This document shows, piece after piece, positions 1 through 11,826 of a DNA stretch of 64,000 nt. A program made the translations under genes and the position numbers. The notes under the pieces were generated by a model. The model did no database searches and was not told where the DNA came from. It was given only the letters and a program-made list of their open reading frames with translations. The stretch's first letter is position 1. The number at the start of each line of letters is the position of its first letter. This DNA comes from a virus. Its lineage: Duplodnaviria > Caudoviricetes. The stretch spans positions 70,902 through 134,901 of the IMG/VR virus record IMGVR_UViG_3300031998_000017, one strand, 5' to 3'.

Positions 1-65
1 AAAATAATTAATTAAAGATAAAACTTTTTAAAGTATTATGAGAATATAAAATGAGTTAAAAGGAG

Positions 66-1727
66 ATGAATTATATGGCAATTATAAATTTATATCCACC
101 AGTGATTGATACTTATCAACCTGCGCAAATTAAGGGTTCTGCCTTAAGAATTTATTTTTCTATTTCAGATTATAATGTTTATAGTGAGATGAAAAATTTT
201 GCGCAAATTACTATATCTGACCAAGAGTCTAATTTATCAGTTTTAGATAAAACAAAATATCCTACTCAAATAATGTTAAAAACAATAAATATTGATAATA
301 CTAGAACTGTTGATAAATATTATGTAGATATAGCCACAACTGATGGAACCTTTGATATAGATAAATTTTATAAAGTTCAAATCAGATTTACTAGTTCAAC
401 AGCAACAGCAGTCAGTTTAACTACACCTCAAGCTATTGATGCTTGGCTTAGTTTAAATCTTGATAAATTTTCAGAATGGTCAAGAGTAACGTTAATTAAA
501 TGGATTGCGCAAAATTCTATTAGTATTAATGGAACTACTATTGGAATTAGCACTACAATTAATTTACCTGTGTCTGATGAAACTTTATTAGGTAAACTTA
601 CTTTTAATGAAAAAAGTGAAGAATATTTAAATAGTTATAGATTTAAACTATATGACGATGAAGAAAATTTACTTTTAGATAGTGATTTATTATATACAGA
701 TAAAAATTCTAATGATATAAATGAATTTTGATATAAATTAAAATATGGATTAACTGCTGGTGAAGATTATACACTTAATATTTATTATCAAACTAATAGT
801 TTATATAGTAGAGAATTAAATTGCACTATTTCAGCAACTGGTAGCACTGGTTCAGACCAAGGCTTTATATTTAGTGCTCATGAAAATATTGAAGATGGAG
901 AAATATTACTTCGTATAACAAGACCTCCACAAGCTACGTTTACAGGTAAAATAACAATTAAACGTTCTTGCGATAAAGATGCATTTACTATATGAGAAGA
1001 TATGCATACAGTAGATGTAAACGGGGTTACAAATTATTTATATGACTGAACAGACCAAACTGTTGAAAGTGGTGTGTTATATAAATATGCTTTATTAGAA
1101 ACTTATACTAGTAATAATAATGAAGTTAGTTATTGAAAAGATTATAATAAAATACTAATGATAGTATTGGATGATATGTATTTAGATGTGGCAGGACAAC
1201 AATTAAAAGTTCAATTTAATCCACAAGTTAGTTCATTCAAAAGAGTTATTAACGAAGGAAAAATTGAAACAATAGGTTCTCCATATCCTTACATAAGAAG
1301 AAATGCAGCAATCAATTATGCGCAATTTCCTATTTCAGGACTTATATCTTGTCAAATGGATGAAAATGAAAAATTTATTACAAAAGAAGCTTTATATGGC
1401 GGAAGAGAATTTTTAAGAAAATATGAACAATTTAATTCTTATGCTACTAATGAGCCTTTTGAAACTACTATTGGTAATGATTTTGTTTATGAAAAGAAAT
1501 TTAGAGATGCGGTTATGGCATTTTTAATGGATGGTAAAGTAAAATTATTTAGGTCAGCTTCTGAAGGTAATTACTTAGTTAGATTGACAGATGTATCATT
1601 TGCTCCTAATCAACAATTAGGTAGAATGGTATGGACATTTAGCGCAACCGCTAATGAAATTGCTGATAATACTATTGATAATTATTATAAATATAATATT
1701 TTAGAAGAGTATAAACCATCAGAGTAA
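66..1727 (+). CDS. Putative virion/tail-associated protein (553 aa with TGA=Trp)
   Basis: Track ORFs 66..731 and 1158..1727 are in frame; only 4 TGA (no TAA/TAG) lie between them, in Trp-like contexts (FTI*ED, YD*TDQTVESG); RBS AAGGAG. Function inferred from context only. Confidence 0.75.
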
Positions 1728-1738
1728 GGAGGTTGCCT

Positions 1739-3778
1739 ATGAAAAGAAATTATCCTTATTGAAATGATAAAGATTTTTTATATACAATAGATACTTTGCC
1801 AGTGTCAAATGAATATGTAAGAGTGATTGCACTAACTTGGGAAGATGAACCTATTCAAGAGATTCAAGGTTTAATTACAGATGGTAGTTTAACTATCAAT
1901 GGAGATTCTTCAATGCGTAGAGCAGTTAACTTTACTGCGGCCTTTCAAGATAATTCATTTGCGCAAATTACAGATGTAGATAATATATTTTCAATTAATA
2001 AAAGAATATATTTAGAAAAAGGAATTACCAATACAACAGGACAATACACTGACTATCCTATTATTTGACAACCTCTTGGCGAATATATCATTATAAATTG
2101 TAGTGTATCTCATGATGCGGGTAATGTTTCCGTTAGCGTGCAAGCGCAAGATAAAATGTGTTTACTTAATGGAACATGCGGAGGTACAATTCCTGCATCT
2201 ACACAATTAGACAGTTATGATACTCTTGATGAAAATGGAGATTGAATATTAACTAAACCAGTTGTTGCGCAAATTATTCGTGAAGTTGTAAATCACTTTG
2301 GCGGAGAGCAATTAAGTAAAATTATTATTAATGATATTGATAATCAAATAAAAGCGGTTATGCGTTGATTAGGAACAACTCCTATTTATTTAATTGAATC
2401 TCAAGGTCAAGCAACTTTAACAACTGTAACTCCTAGTAGTATGGTTGGTGTTAAAAAATATGAGTATGGGGATGACGTTGGATACATTTACACTGATTAT
2501 ATATATAATAAAGAATTAATTGCAAATCCTGGAGATAATGTTTGTTCTATATTAGACCAAATGGTTTCTTACCTAGGAGGTAATTATGAATATTTCTATG
2601 ATATATGAGGAAATTTTATATTTCAAGAGAAAAAGAATTATGTAAATATTTCTCATGCAGAAACAATACATATAAATACATTAATAAACGAAGATTATAA
2701 ATATGATATGTTAAGTGGTAAACGCGCTTTTGATTTTAGCAATTTACCAATATTTACTTCTTTTTCTAATAGTCCTCAATATAATAATATTAAAAATGAC
2801 TATGTAGTATGAGGGATGAGAAAAACTCCAGAAGGATTAAATATTCCTATTCGTTTCCATTTAGCTATTGACCAAAAACCAAAAACAGGAAATACATATA
2901 AAGTGTTTTTCTATACAGACCCAGATGATGGAATTGAAAAGGCACAAATGCCTGTTCAATATTCTAGTAAAAGTAATTTCCCTATGCAAGGAGCGGCTGG
3001 TGTATATTATGAAGATTCATCCAATGGTAAAATATATATATGAACATGGGTAGCTGCAGAGAATCCTGTAAATAGTAAATATGATTATAAAGAAATTGCG
3101 GATTATAGCAAATTTGAAAATATTACTACTACTGACTGACGTAGTGAATTATATTTACAAGGAGTAGCTGCAGAACCATTAGGTTTAAAATCTAATTTCT
3201 ATTATACAGAACTTGCAAATGAATGACCTAAATTATATAATTTACATACAGGAACTTGGAGACAAGAAGTAATAGATGACCCTAGGTCTGTTGATTATTT
3301 CTTAGATTTCATTGATGATAGCGCAGCAGTAGGTAAGTTTAGCATAAGCAATATAGGGCGTAGGTCTATGGTAGAAAGCAAAGATGATTTTAATTGTGTT
3401 TTTGAAAATGTTATTCCTGACTATGTTTTAATTGAAAACGGTCAAGATGATACTTATGCAAAGAGAGAAGATTGTATTAAACGTAATCAAGCATATATAC
3501 AAATAGATAGCAGTATATATAAAGGTTTAGGACTTGGAGGAATATATAATAGCTGTTTTAATGAAATTAAAATGTTATTATATGAAAAAACAGGGTATAA
3601 CGAATCTATTCAAATGAACTGTTTACCAATTTATCATCTTGAACCTAATATTCGTATAGGCGCTAAAGATATATCAAGTGATATCTATGGTGATTATATG
3701 TTAAAATCAATGACAATACCTCTACGTGCAGGTGGAACGATGTCCATTAGCGCAACTAGAGTTACTGAGAAATTATAA
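1739..3778 (+). CDS. Putative tail/baseplate-associated protein (679 aa with TGA=Trp)
   Basis: RBS AAGGAGG, ATG 1739; track ORFs 1796, 2816 and 3368 are all in this frame; 9 in-frame TGA, first TAA at 3776-3778. Confidence 0.75.
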
Positions 3779-3784
3779 CAATAA

Positions 3785-3825
3785 AAAAAAGAGATGCTTT
3801 TTTAAGGCATCTCTTCTTTTTTTTT
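3785..3825. terminator. Bidirectional intrinsic terminator between convergent blocks
   Basis: AAGAGATGC...GCATCTCTT hairpin flanked by A-tract and T-tract. Confidence 0.8.
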
Positions 3826-3909
3826 GCTTTAAATTTTAATCTATTTATTGCTTTATTTGTAAAATTATATAATCTTACGATAAAGTGTTATCGTATATTT
3901 AAAAAATTT

Positions 3910-4416
3910 TTATTCTCAATTTATCTCATTATTGTCTTGAGCTTGATATTGCGCTAATCCTATACATATAGCATCAGCTTCATCATCATTAACTTTAATG
4001 TAATATTTATTTTGAACAAATTCAACATCTGCTTCTTTTAATGTCATACGTTTGATACCACGTCCATTTTTAATTCCAAGAGAAGCGCGTCAAGAGCTAG
4101 GATAAATATAATCAATATCTACGCCAGGCATTTCATCATGAATTCAAAAAGCAACAGCAGCTTGTAATCACATTAGCGCACGATGGGTCTTAAGATTCCC
4201 TACCCCATATCCACCTTCAGGTCTTACTTCTTCCACTACTATTTTAGATGGAGTAAAATGTGTTGTTACAGTTTTTAATTCTTTAACTATTTTTTCTATT
4301 CTATTGATTAAGTCTGTTGAGGATGCAGTTATACACCCATGTGCAATTAATTGACCATCTTCAAAAAATGCTCAACCTGTTGATTTAGTTGATAAATCTA
4401 AACTTAGTATATTCAT
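3910..4416 (-). CDS. RuvC-like Holliday junction resolvase (168 aa, TGA=Trp)
   Basis: MNILSLDLSTKSTG*AFF N-terminal motif (TGW), VVEE, C-terminal DDEADAICIG; missed by the track because of TGA codons. Confidence 0.8.
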
Positions 4417-5570
4417 TATATTGTCATCTCCTGGCTACCATCTTCTGATGTTACTTTTATAAGTTCAACAAATTTCTTTTTATATTTATTTCCACCATTT
4501 AAGTAATCATATCTTCCTTTACTAATAGGGAATGGAAATTTCTCGCCTGAATCTGGTATCTTGTTTAAACTTATGTCTCTTAAATGGCATTTTTGATATT
4601 CATCTGTTGCTTTAACTCAGTATAATGCTTTTAATTCTTCTTGATATTTTGATTTACCAGGCGCTAATAATTTATCTCAACTATCTTCTTTAGGTTTATA
4701 TTCAAATTTAAATTCTTTGTTCGCAATTTTATCTACGACATCTCTTAAATTAGAACAATCAAATTCAAGAGTTATAGAATTAGTATCGTCTAAACCTATT
4801 TCTTTAAATACAGGGATAGGCGTTACAACAACAGGAACCCCTAAATTTAATGCCTCTACTATTGAATAACAATAGCCTTCATTATCAGATAATTGAACTA
4901 AGAAATCTGCTTGTGATATTTCGTTTATTATATCTAATTTTGGTTTTTTGATATGCATATGTGGACTTAATTTTTGATTTATAGTTCTATTTGAGTAGAC
5001 ATCTCAATCATAATCAACACCAAGTTTATCAAGAGCATCAGCTAATTGAGCCATGCGGTTTCCGCCTTTTTCCACAGATAGGCGAGTAGCGCTGATTAGT
5101 TTTAGCTTATGGTGAGGTTTATCTGGTGCAAATGGATTATAGCACAACTCTGCGTCTTTACCAGTTACTCTTTTTCAAGCATCACATACTTGTTTAGATA
5201 TCCCTATATATTTAGTAATTTTAGCATGTCCAGGGAAGTTTTCTCTTAATAGTTGATGACGATTAAGCATATCTTCGTAGTCACCATGCAATACTAAATA
5301 ATATCCATCAGTAGCTTCTACATTTTCTATAATATCTGTATTAAAATTAAAGAAGGCGCGAGTACATTTAAATTTCATACCAGGCATGTATTGAATACAT
5401 CTAACGTATTCACGTAATCTTTCTAATTGTTTTGGGTTACCTTGTTGATATACTATTGTTAAATCATAGTCTTTATATTTTTTAGCCAGATAATAAAAAA
5501 ATGTTTCAATTCCGCCAATCTCTAATATAGAGTGGAAGTAATATAAATTGGTTGTTTTTATTGTTTCCAT
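4416..5570 (-). CDS. Glycosyltransferase, GT-B/GT4-like (384 aa, TGA=Trp)
   Basis: Joins 5175..5570 and 4677..4958; GGIETF, RLSVEKG, EGYCYSIVEALNLGVPVV motifs; stop overlaps next start (TAATG). Confidence 0.85.
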
Positions 5571-6769
5571 TAGTTACCCCTTTCTTTTGATACCTCTCCT
5601 CTGTCGTATCTACGAGTCAAACTATCTTTTCTAATATTATAATAATATATAATGTTTTTACTAAATCCTATTGTAAGGTCTGGAATTTTAAATACTTTCT
5701 CTCAAAATTCATTTTCTTCTCCAACATTTAATTTATTATTAAATCTAATGTTTTCAAATATTCTTTTTTTAAATAAGCAACCTCATGGGGCTATATTAAT
5801 TTGTTTTGTTGAATTCACTATTGCTTGGCCATATGTACTATCTCAACTTAACCAAGTTAAATCATTGTGCTTTTTAGCTTCTTCTATAATTGTAAAAGCA
5901 TAATTTTCTAATATTTTATCATCACAATCTATAAAAACTATATAATCTCCTGTTGCGGCATCCAACCCTACGTTTCTAGACCCTGGGCCTCCAAGATTTT
6001 TTGGATTTTTAATATAGATGTCAACCATTTTAGAAAGTTTATCTCCATCTCTACTATCATCTACTAATATTAATTCAGTATTTGTTCCTTTTCTTTGTTT
6101 ATTTAATTCTTCTATAAGATTTTTAGTTAAATCATAAGTTTTATAATAAGGAATAATAATACTAATTTTTTCTTGAGGAGGTTGTAATTTTCTTATAAAT
6201 TCTTCATATTCATAAGGATAATCTATATCGTCTGTGCCATCTAAAATTTTTACATATCTATTTGTAATATGATGTTCTTCATAAGGAAGATTATTCATGC
6301 AACGATAAATTTCTCAACCAATACAACGATGAATTTGTTGTGTTAAATAAAGATTTTTAACTATCTTTTTACAATCATAGAAAAATTTTTTATTTACAAT
6401 TTTAATCGCAAATATTTCTCATTCATGACCAAAATATAATACATCATCTGTAGGAGTGTTTACTATTGTTTTAATTGCATTTTCAGTATAATAAACATCT
6501 CCATACAGATAACATATAGGTTCATTTGTGTTTATTTCTTCAAACCTATCAATTTCACAATCATGATAAGATTGTTCCATTGTTAAGCCGTATTGAGCAT
6601 AACAATTATTGGCGCATGTAATAATATAATCGGTTGCACCATTTTCTTTTAATAGTCTAGTTGTTCTACCTAATAAAGTTTCTCCATTTATTTCAATTAA
6701 ATGTTTTGGTATCCCGAGGTAATTATTCCAGCGGGTACCAGCTCCAGCCGCCATAATAATATATTTCAT
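5570..6769 (-). CDS. Nucleotidyltransferase-GT2 glycosyltransferase fusion (399 aa, TGA=Trp)
   Basis: IIMAAGAGTRW...PKHL NTP-transferase N-terminus in frame through TGAs with SIIIPYY...LVDDS...RNVGLDAATGDYIVFIDCDD GT2 domain. Confidence 0.85.
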
Positions 6770-6793
6770 TATGCTCCTTCTTTCTTAGCAATA

Positions 6794-7219
6794 TTATTTT
6801 AAAGTATTTCTATTAACGCAACGTTTATCATCAATTAGATATTCTTCTTTTCCGCCTCTCATATTTACATATAATTGGTGTAAGAAATCTTTTTTAATAT
6901 CTTGAGCTTTATCTAAATAAATGATAAATTGTCCTTTTGTTAAATCTAATAAATCTTTTCCTTCTTCATCTACCACAATGATTTCAGTTTCAGGATAATA
7001 GTTTTTCTTTTGGAATTCTAATTTTTCTAATAATCCCTTTGCGTCAACTACATCATTGTTTAATACAACAACAGATACAGCATTAACAATTTTCTTTTCA
7101 ATAACAGGTTTAACTTCTTCAACAACAGGTTCTTCAACTACTGAAACTATTTCTTCTACTTTTTCTTCTGTTGCTGGTTTAATTATTGTCTTATTAAAGA
7201 CAGATTTTTTCTTTTTCAT
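6794..7219 (-). CDS. Hypothetical protein with degenerate GT2-like segment
   Basis: EIIVVD and TKGQFIIYLD resemble GT2 strands; RBS present. Confidence 0.55.
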   Translation of the reverse strand: MKKKKSVFNKTIIKPATEEKVEEIVSVVEEPVVEEVKPVIEKKIVNAVSVVVLNNDVVDAKGLLEKLEFQKKNYYPETEIIVVDEEGKDLLDLTKGQFIIYLDKAQDIKKDFLHQLYVNMRGGKEEYLIDDKRCVNRNTLK

Positions 7220-7318
7220 AAATATCTATATCTCCTTCTCATATTTAGATTATATCACAAAAATCTAACTCTGTCAAACTTTTGTGCAAATAAAAAAGTG
7301 ATTTTCATCACTTATTTT

Positions 7319-7420
7319 TTAATCATCATGACGACTTGCTGCACTTAATATTATCGCAAATCCAAAGCCACACACAAATCAAATCATTCTTGATAATACA
7401 GCCCCTGCAACTTCTAACAT
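7319..7420 (-). CDS. Small membrane protein (33 aa, one TGA)
   Basis: MLEVAGAVLSRMI*FVCGFGFAIILSAASRHDD; starts immediately after the dut stop. Confidence 0.5.
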
Positions 7421-7421
7421 A

Positions 7422-7892
7422 TTACGCTCCTGTACTTCCGAAACCTCCGGCACCACGGCTAGTTTCATCTAAAGATTCAACCTCTTTAAATACCATTGGT
7501 ATATATGGTAGTAATACCATTTGCGCAATTCTGTCTCCAGGTTCTATTGTTTTATCTTCGTTTGTATCATTATGAAGAGCAACAATATATTCTCCACGAT
7601 AATCACTATCACAAACTCCTACACAATTGGCAGGACGTAAGCCTTGTTTAGTCGCTAATCCGCTTCTTGCGAATATAGCTGCGAATGTATTTTGTGGTAG
7701 GGCGAATGCTAATCCAGTTCCTACTTTAACTGTTTGATGAGCAGGAATTACTGTTGGTTCGCTTGTAGCTGCATATAAGTCGTATCCAGCTGCATATTCA
7801 CTACCTCTTGTTGGTTCATGAGCTAACTCATTTAGTTTAATATAATTAATAAATCTATCAGTATAATTACCAAATATATCTTGTGAAAACAT
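7422..7892 (-). CDS. dut: dUTPase
   Basis: AGYDL, RSGLA, GVCDSDYRGE, RIAQ, RGAGGFGSTG motifs. Confidence 0.97.
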   Translation of the reverse strand: MFSQDIFGNYTDRFINYIKLNELAHEPTRGSEYAAGYDLYAATSEPTVIPAHQTVKVGTGLAFALPQNTFAAIFARSGLATKQGLRPANCVGVCDSDYRGEYIVALHNDTNEDKTIEPGDRIAQMVLLPYIPMVFKEVESLDETSRGAGGFGSTGA

Positions 7893-8143
7893 TAATAAGC
7901 ACTCTCCTGTTCGTATGTTACTTTAGTTTGGAAATTAGGTTCTTTTTCTTCTGTGAATAATTTTACTAAAGTTACTTTATAATAACTATCTATTACTTCG
8001 CCTTTTTGCTTTCTTTCTTTATATTGAGAACCATATTTTTGAAGTATATAGCCGCTTTCTTTTTTAGCTTCTTCAATTAATTGAGTAGCTTCATCTTCAG
8101 TGCTAACTCTATATTCTTCTGTTGTTTTAAGTAAATATTTCAT
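7892..8143 (-). CDS. Hypothetical protein
   Basis: ORF with GGAGG RBS, coupled to dut. Confidence 0.7.
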   Translation of the reverse strand: MKYLLKTTEEYRVSTEDEATQLIEEAKKESGYILQKYGSQYKERKQKGEVIDSYYKVTLVKLFTEEKEPNFQTKVTYEQESAY

Positions 8144-8151
8144 ATATCCTC

Positions 8152-8418
8152 CTAGTTAGCTCTTACATCTATGTTTAATTTATTACAATTATATTTAGCC
8201 ATTTCAGTTGCTTTAATTTTATTTTTAATACCTGTAGAAAATCTTTTAGCGCCAACTAATGTAATATCAGTAATTTCATTTTGATTTGCCATTTCTACAA
8301 GGGCATCTTGCAATTCAGCCAATTTAATTTGACTTACTTCAAGAATTTCATCATTTTCATAAATATAAACATTTTGATTTAATGTAAAAGGTTTAATTAC
8401 AGTAACAATTTTCTTCAT
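8152..8418 (-). CDS. Hypothetical protein
   Basis: ORF with AGGAGG RBS in operon. Confidence 0.7.
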   Translation of the reverse strand: MKKIVTVIKPFTLNQNVYIYENDEILEVSQIKLAELQDALVEMANQNEITDITLVGAKRFSTGIKNKIKATEMAKYNCNKLNIDVRAN

Positions 8419-8432
8419 TGTTTTACCTCCTT

Positions 8433-8852
8433 TTAAAAATCATTTATTACACCATTATCATATGGGAAGAAATAATATACATATGCGTCATCGTCTATTA
8501 TCATCCATATTTCAATAGCATCTTTATCTCTTGTTAAATCTATTCCACGGATTTCTCCACGATTTGTTAAACATTCATCTATTAAACATTTTGCGCAATC
8601 TTCGCAAATTGGAGTATCCCAATCATAATTATCTCTATCTCTCTTAAAGTCAAAGACAGTATAATCTTTTCTTTCATTACAAAGTAGCATATAATAATTA
8701 TTGTTTTGATTATAGATAAAATCTCTAACTATTAATTTTTTGCTATTTAGCACAGCTTCACTTAGTTTAATTTCTTTTTGTTTAACTAAATTTTTATTTA
8801 CATCATATAGAGTTCCGAATTCAACTTCTTGTGTCTTTTTTTCTTCATCCAT
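8433..8852 (-). CDS. Hypothetical protein
   Basis: ORF with AAGGAG RBS in operon. Confidence 0.7.
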   Translation of the reverse strand: MDEEKKTQEVEFGTLYDVNKNLVKQKEIKLSEAVLNSKKLIVRDFIYNQNNNYYMLLCNERKDYTVFDFKRDRDNYDWDTPICEDCAKCLIDECLTNRGEIRGIDLTRDKDAIEIWMIIDDDAYVYYFFPYDNGVINDF

Positions 8853-9289
8853 TTTAATAAATCTCCTTTATTGATATGATAGTAATATTCATATTTTGTA
8901 TAGTTAAGAAAATATTTCCAATATTCAATCGAGAATATGCTTACTATATTTAATAAAATTGTTTGAAAAATATTTAATTTATAATGAAATCTATATTTAT
9001 ATGGATTTTTTTTATTTAAAATAGTAAATAGTTTATATATTTTATTAAAAAATAACCATTGTTTTATAAATGAATTTATATTACGCGCAGTTCTGTAATT
9101 ATCCATTCTTTCCAAAGTTTGATATATTATATCACACATTGTTTCTGCTTTTGTAATAGTATAGAAATTCATTATTTCAAAATTAAATCTATTATATACA
9201 ATTTTTAATCTATTAATTTTAGCATATCTTGTTTTATAATCTTTAGAATTATAATACTTACGTTTCATCATATAATAAACACTTTCCAT
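8798..9289 (-). CDS. Hypothetical basic protein
   Basis: ORF fills the gap between def and the next gene, overlapping both. Confidence 0.5.
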   Translation of the reverse strand: MESVYYMMKRKYYNSKDYKTRYAKINRLKIVYNRFNFEIMNFYTITKAETMCDIIYQTLERMDNYRTARNINSFIKQWLFFNKIYKLFTILNKKNPYKYRFHYKLNIFQTILLNIVSIFSIEYWKYFLNYTKYEYYYHINKGDLLKWMKKKRHKKLNSELYMM

Positions 9290-9710
9290 TCATATGGTCA
9301 ACTTCATGCTGAATAATATCACTCATGCGGCCGCCTTCAGCTATTTCCGCAGGATTTCCATTTTCATCTATATATGAACACCATACTTTTTGATACCTAG
9401 TAATTTTCTTAAATACACCGGGTACGCTTAAGCAACCTTCAACATAATCTTGACTACCTCTTACTCTTGTAAATGTTGGGTTAGCCATTACAACATACAT
9501 AGTTCCCCATTTACAAATGCATACTCTTAAAGGCACTCCAATTTGGATTGCAGATATTCCACGCGCATCTTGTATTACATCAAAAGTATCTTTTAAATCT
9601 TGGATAAGTTGTTTAAACTCTTCGCTATTGAAGTCTGTCACTTCAGCGCTAGTCTGTGATAATATTTGTCTGTCTTCTTCATTATTATAATTCAATATTC
9701 TTTTCATCAT
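9258..9710 (-). CDS. def: Peptide deformylase
   Basis: GISAIQIG, EGCLS, QHEVDH motifs. Confidence 0.93.
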   Translation of the reverse strand: MMKRILNYNNEEDRQILSQTSAEVTDFNSEEFKQLIQDLKDTFDVIQDARGISAIQIGVPLRVCICKWGTMYVVMANPTFTRVRGSQDYVEGCLSVPGVFKKITRYQKVWCSYIDENGNPAEIAEGGRMSDIIQHEVDHMNGKCLLYDET

Positions 9711-9771
9711 AAAATAATTCCTCTTTTCACTTATATAAATATTATATCATATATTTTATAAAAAGTCAAAA

Positions 9772-10191
9772 TTATAAAGGAATTCGATTATTTATAAATT
9801 CTTTCTTGATTAAGCGTTTACCATTATCATAGGTATCATCAGCATGTTTTTCTTCAAAAGATAAAAGAAGTTCGCGGATACGTAACAAAGACTCTCTAGT
9901 TATTTTTTTGTTTACGTTTTCTAATACCATTTGGTCAGTAATTCATAAGAAAGTTTCTCTATCTACTTCTTGAATGCGGTGCAAATAATCATGGGCGGTA
10001 TTGCGCACAAGTATGGCGCCATTCCACCAGACATAACCATCTCCAATGCCTTCTTTTTGACTATCTTTTCTTGGTATTATCAAATGATGAAAACTTAATT
10101 CTTTAGGATTTTTAAATGTATATCCCATAAAATCATAACCTAAAGCATCTAGGTTGTAAATTTGTATCATATCTTTTGTAAGTTCTTTCAT
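9772..10191 (-). CDS. HNH-like protein (139 aa, one TGA)
   Basis: SFHHLIIPR...NGAIL...HDYLH pattern; read-through of TGA at 9943 extends to TAA at 9772. Confidence 0.55.
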
Positions 10192-10192
10192 T

Positions 10193-11125
10193 CTATTTTC
10201 TCCTACTTAACTTTTTAGTTCCAAATTCTTCTAATTCAGGGGTTATCTTATGTATATTTCCTTTATCGTCAAAATCTACATCAACTCACCAGGCTGACTT
10301 ATCATTTGACAATCCCATACTTCTGCAATATGGAGTTTGGTCTTCTAAGCAACTAGTTTGGAAACAATGTGTTTTATCTTGTTTCATATAGAATGCTTGA
10401 TGTATATGACCTGTTTGTAGGATATCAGGTCTTTCTGCAACAGGAATCGTATCTAAATATTTTTGTAATTTATATGATTTAGCATATGCGCCTCCTCCAG
10501 AGCCATGAAACAATCTAATCTTAAGATTTCCAATACGCATATCCGCAATATCCGCACCAAGATAAACTATATCATCTCTTTGTTTGGCTATTGTCTTAAC
10601 TATTTCGCTACCAGCGCTTTTATACCACCAGTCATCATGGTTTCCTTGAATAACATAAGTTTTTCCACTAAATGTAGGATATTTACTTACGCAATAGTCA
10701 ACTTGACCTTCATATGATGGTTCACGCAATTCATATACTTGTTCAGGTCTTGTAGAGCGACCATCTGTAAAGTCACCAGAGTGAAGTATATGTTTTATAC
10801 CTTTTTCTTCTGCTTTATCATATAAATATCTTAATATATCCATTCTATCATATTTGCTACCTAGATGTGTATCACTAATAAGTAATAATTTTAAATGTTC
10901 TAAATTATTAGGTAATTGATATACATCTTCATGTTTAGGTGGTGTTTTGCGAACAACAACCTCATTGTTGACAAAATCTATGTTGTATCCTTCCTGCGTC
11001 ATAAGAACTATTAAACCGGCTACTTCATAATCATTTAATTCTAATTTTTCACAAATTTCTAAAAATGATTTTTTCTTTTTAGCCATATAATAAATCTTAT
11101 CACATATTTCTTTTCTATTTTCCAT
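10193..11125 (-). CDS. Calcineurin-like metallophosphoesterase (310 aa, one TGA)
   Basis: SDTH, GDFTDG, GNHD, FHG, GHIH motifs; TGA at 10286 read through to TAG at 10193. Confidence 0.88.
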
Positions 11126-11179
11126 ACCACGACCTCCTTATAGCAAAAAAAGGACTAAGTAAAAACTTAGTCCCCTTTC

Positions 11180-11338
11180 CTATTTATTTCTAAACAATAA
11201 TCCTGTATATAATAAAGATGCTCCAAGCCATTGTAAAGATACAGGCCAATCACCTTTAGTAACTATATTAACTATTAAACTTCCACCTGCGCCTATTACC
11301 ATCATAGCGGGGAAAGCAACTTTTAAAAATTCTATCAT
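11180..11338 (-). CDS. Small two-helix membrane protein (52 aa)
   Basis: MIEFLKVAFPAMMVIGAGGSLIVNIV...LQWLGASLLYTGLLFRNK; AGGAG RBS. Confidence 0.65.
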   Translation of the reverse strand: MIEFLKVAFPAMMVIGAGGSLIVNIVTKGDWPVSLQWLGASLLYTGLLFRNK

Positions 11339-11349
11339 TTTCTCTCCTA

Positions 11350-11826
11350 TTATCTTAAAATTCTAATACGTTGATTGCGGCTGCCGCGCCATTTCAAAGT
11401 TATGTCACGCTTGTCTTGCATATAAGGGCCATCAATTAAATAATTTATATTTTTTAATATATAAGTCATACTAGAATTAATTTTTAAATCTTTATATTCA
11501 TATCCAGTTCAAATTGCTATTTTAATATTTGGATACTTGTCTTTAACTTTATATATAAGTTGTTTTACAAATTCTATTTTTTCATCAGTATCAAGAGGTT
11601 CTCCTCCAAGAATACTTAAATTTCTTTGAATTCCATTATCTGCTATTGCGGAAATGATATATTCAATTAATTCATCTTCCACTCAAGCTTGACCTCCATT
11701 TGGGTCTCATGCTTCTGGATTATGACATCCAGGACAGCGAAAATGACAACCTTGAAGGAATAAACTTACGCTTACTCCTTCACCATTAATGACGTCATTT
11801 TTATTCAAACCAGCAACCCTAATCAT
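11350..11826 (-). CDS. nrdG: Anaerobic ribonucleotide reductase activase (158 aa, 3 TGA=Trp)
   Basis: NGEG, GCHFRCPGCHNPEA*D radical SAM motif, LGGEP, I*TGY, RGSRNQR; adjacent to nrdD. Confidence 0.93.

Noticed and set aside
66-6769. Fragmented ORFs as pseudogenes or sequencing errors
   Set aside because: All breaks are in-frame TGA at Trp-like positions, with no frameshifts or TAA/TAG; read-through gives coupled, full-length genes.
11350-11826. TGA as selenocysteine or glycine
   Set aside because: TGA aligns with motif Trp residues, and the UCA tRNA has a Trp-type body (G73, same anticodon stem as tRNA-Trp(CCA)).
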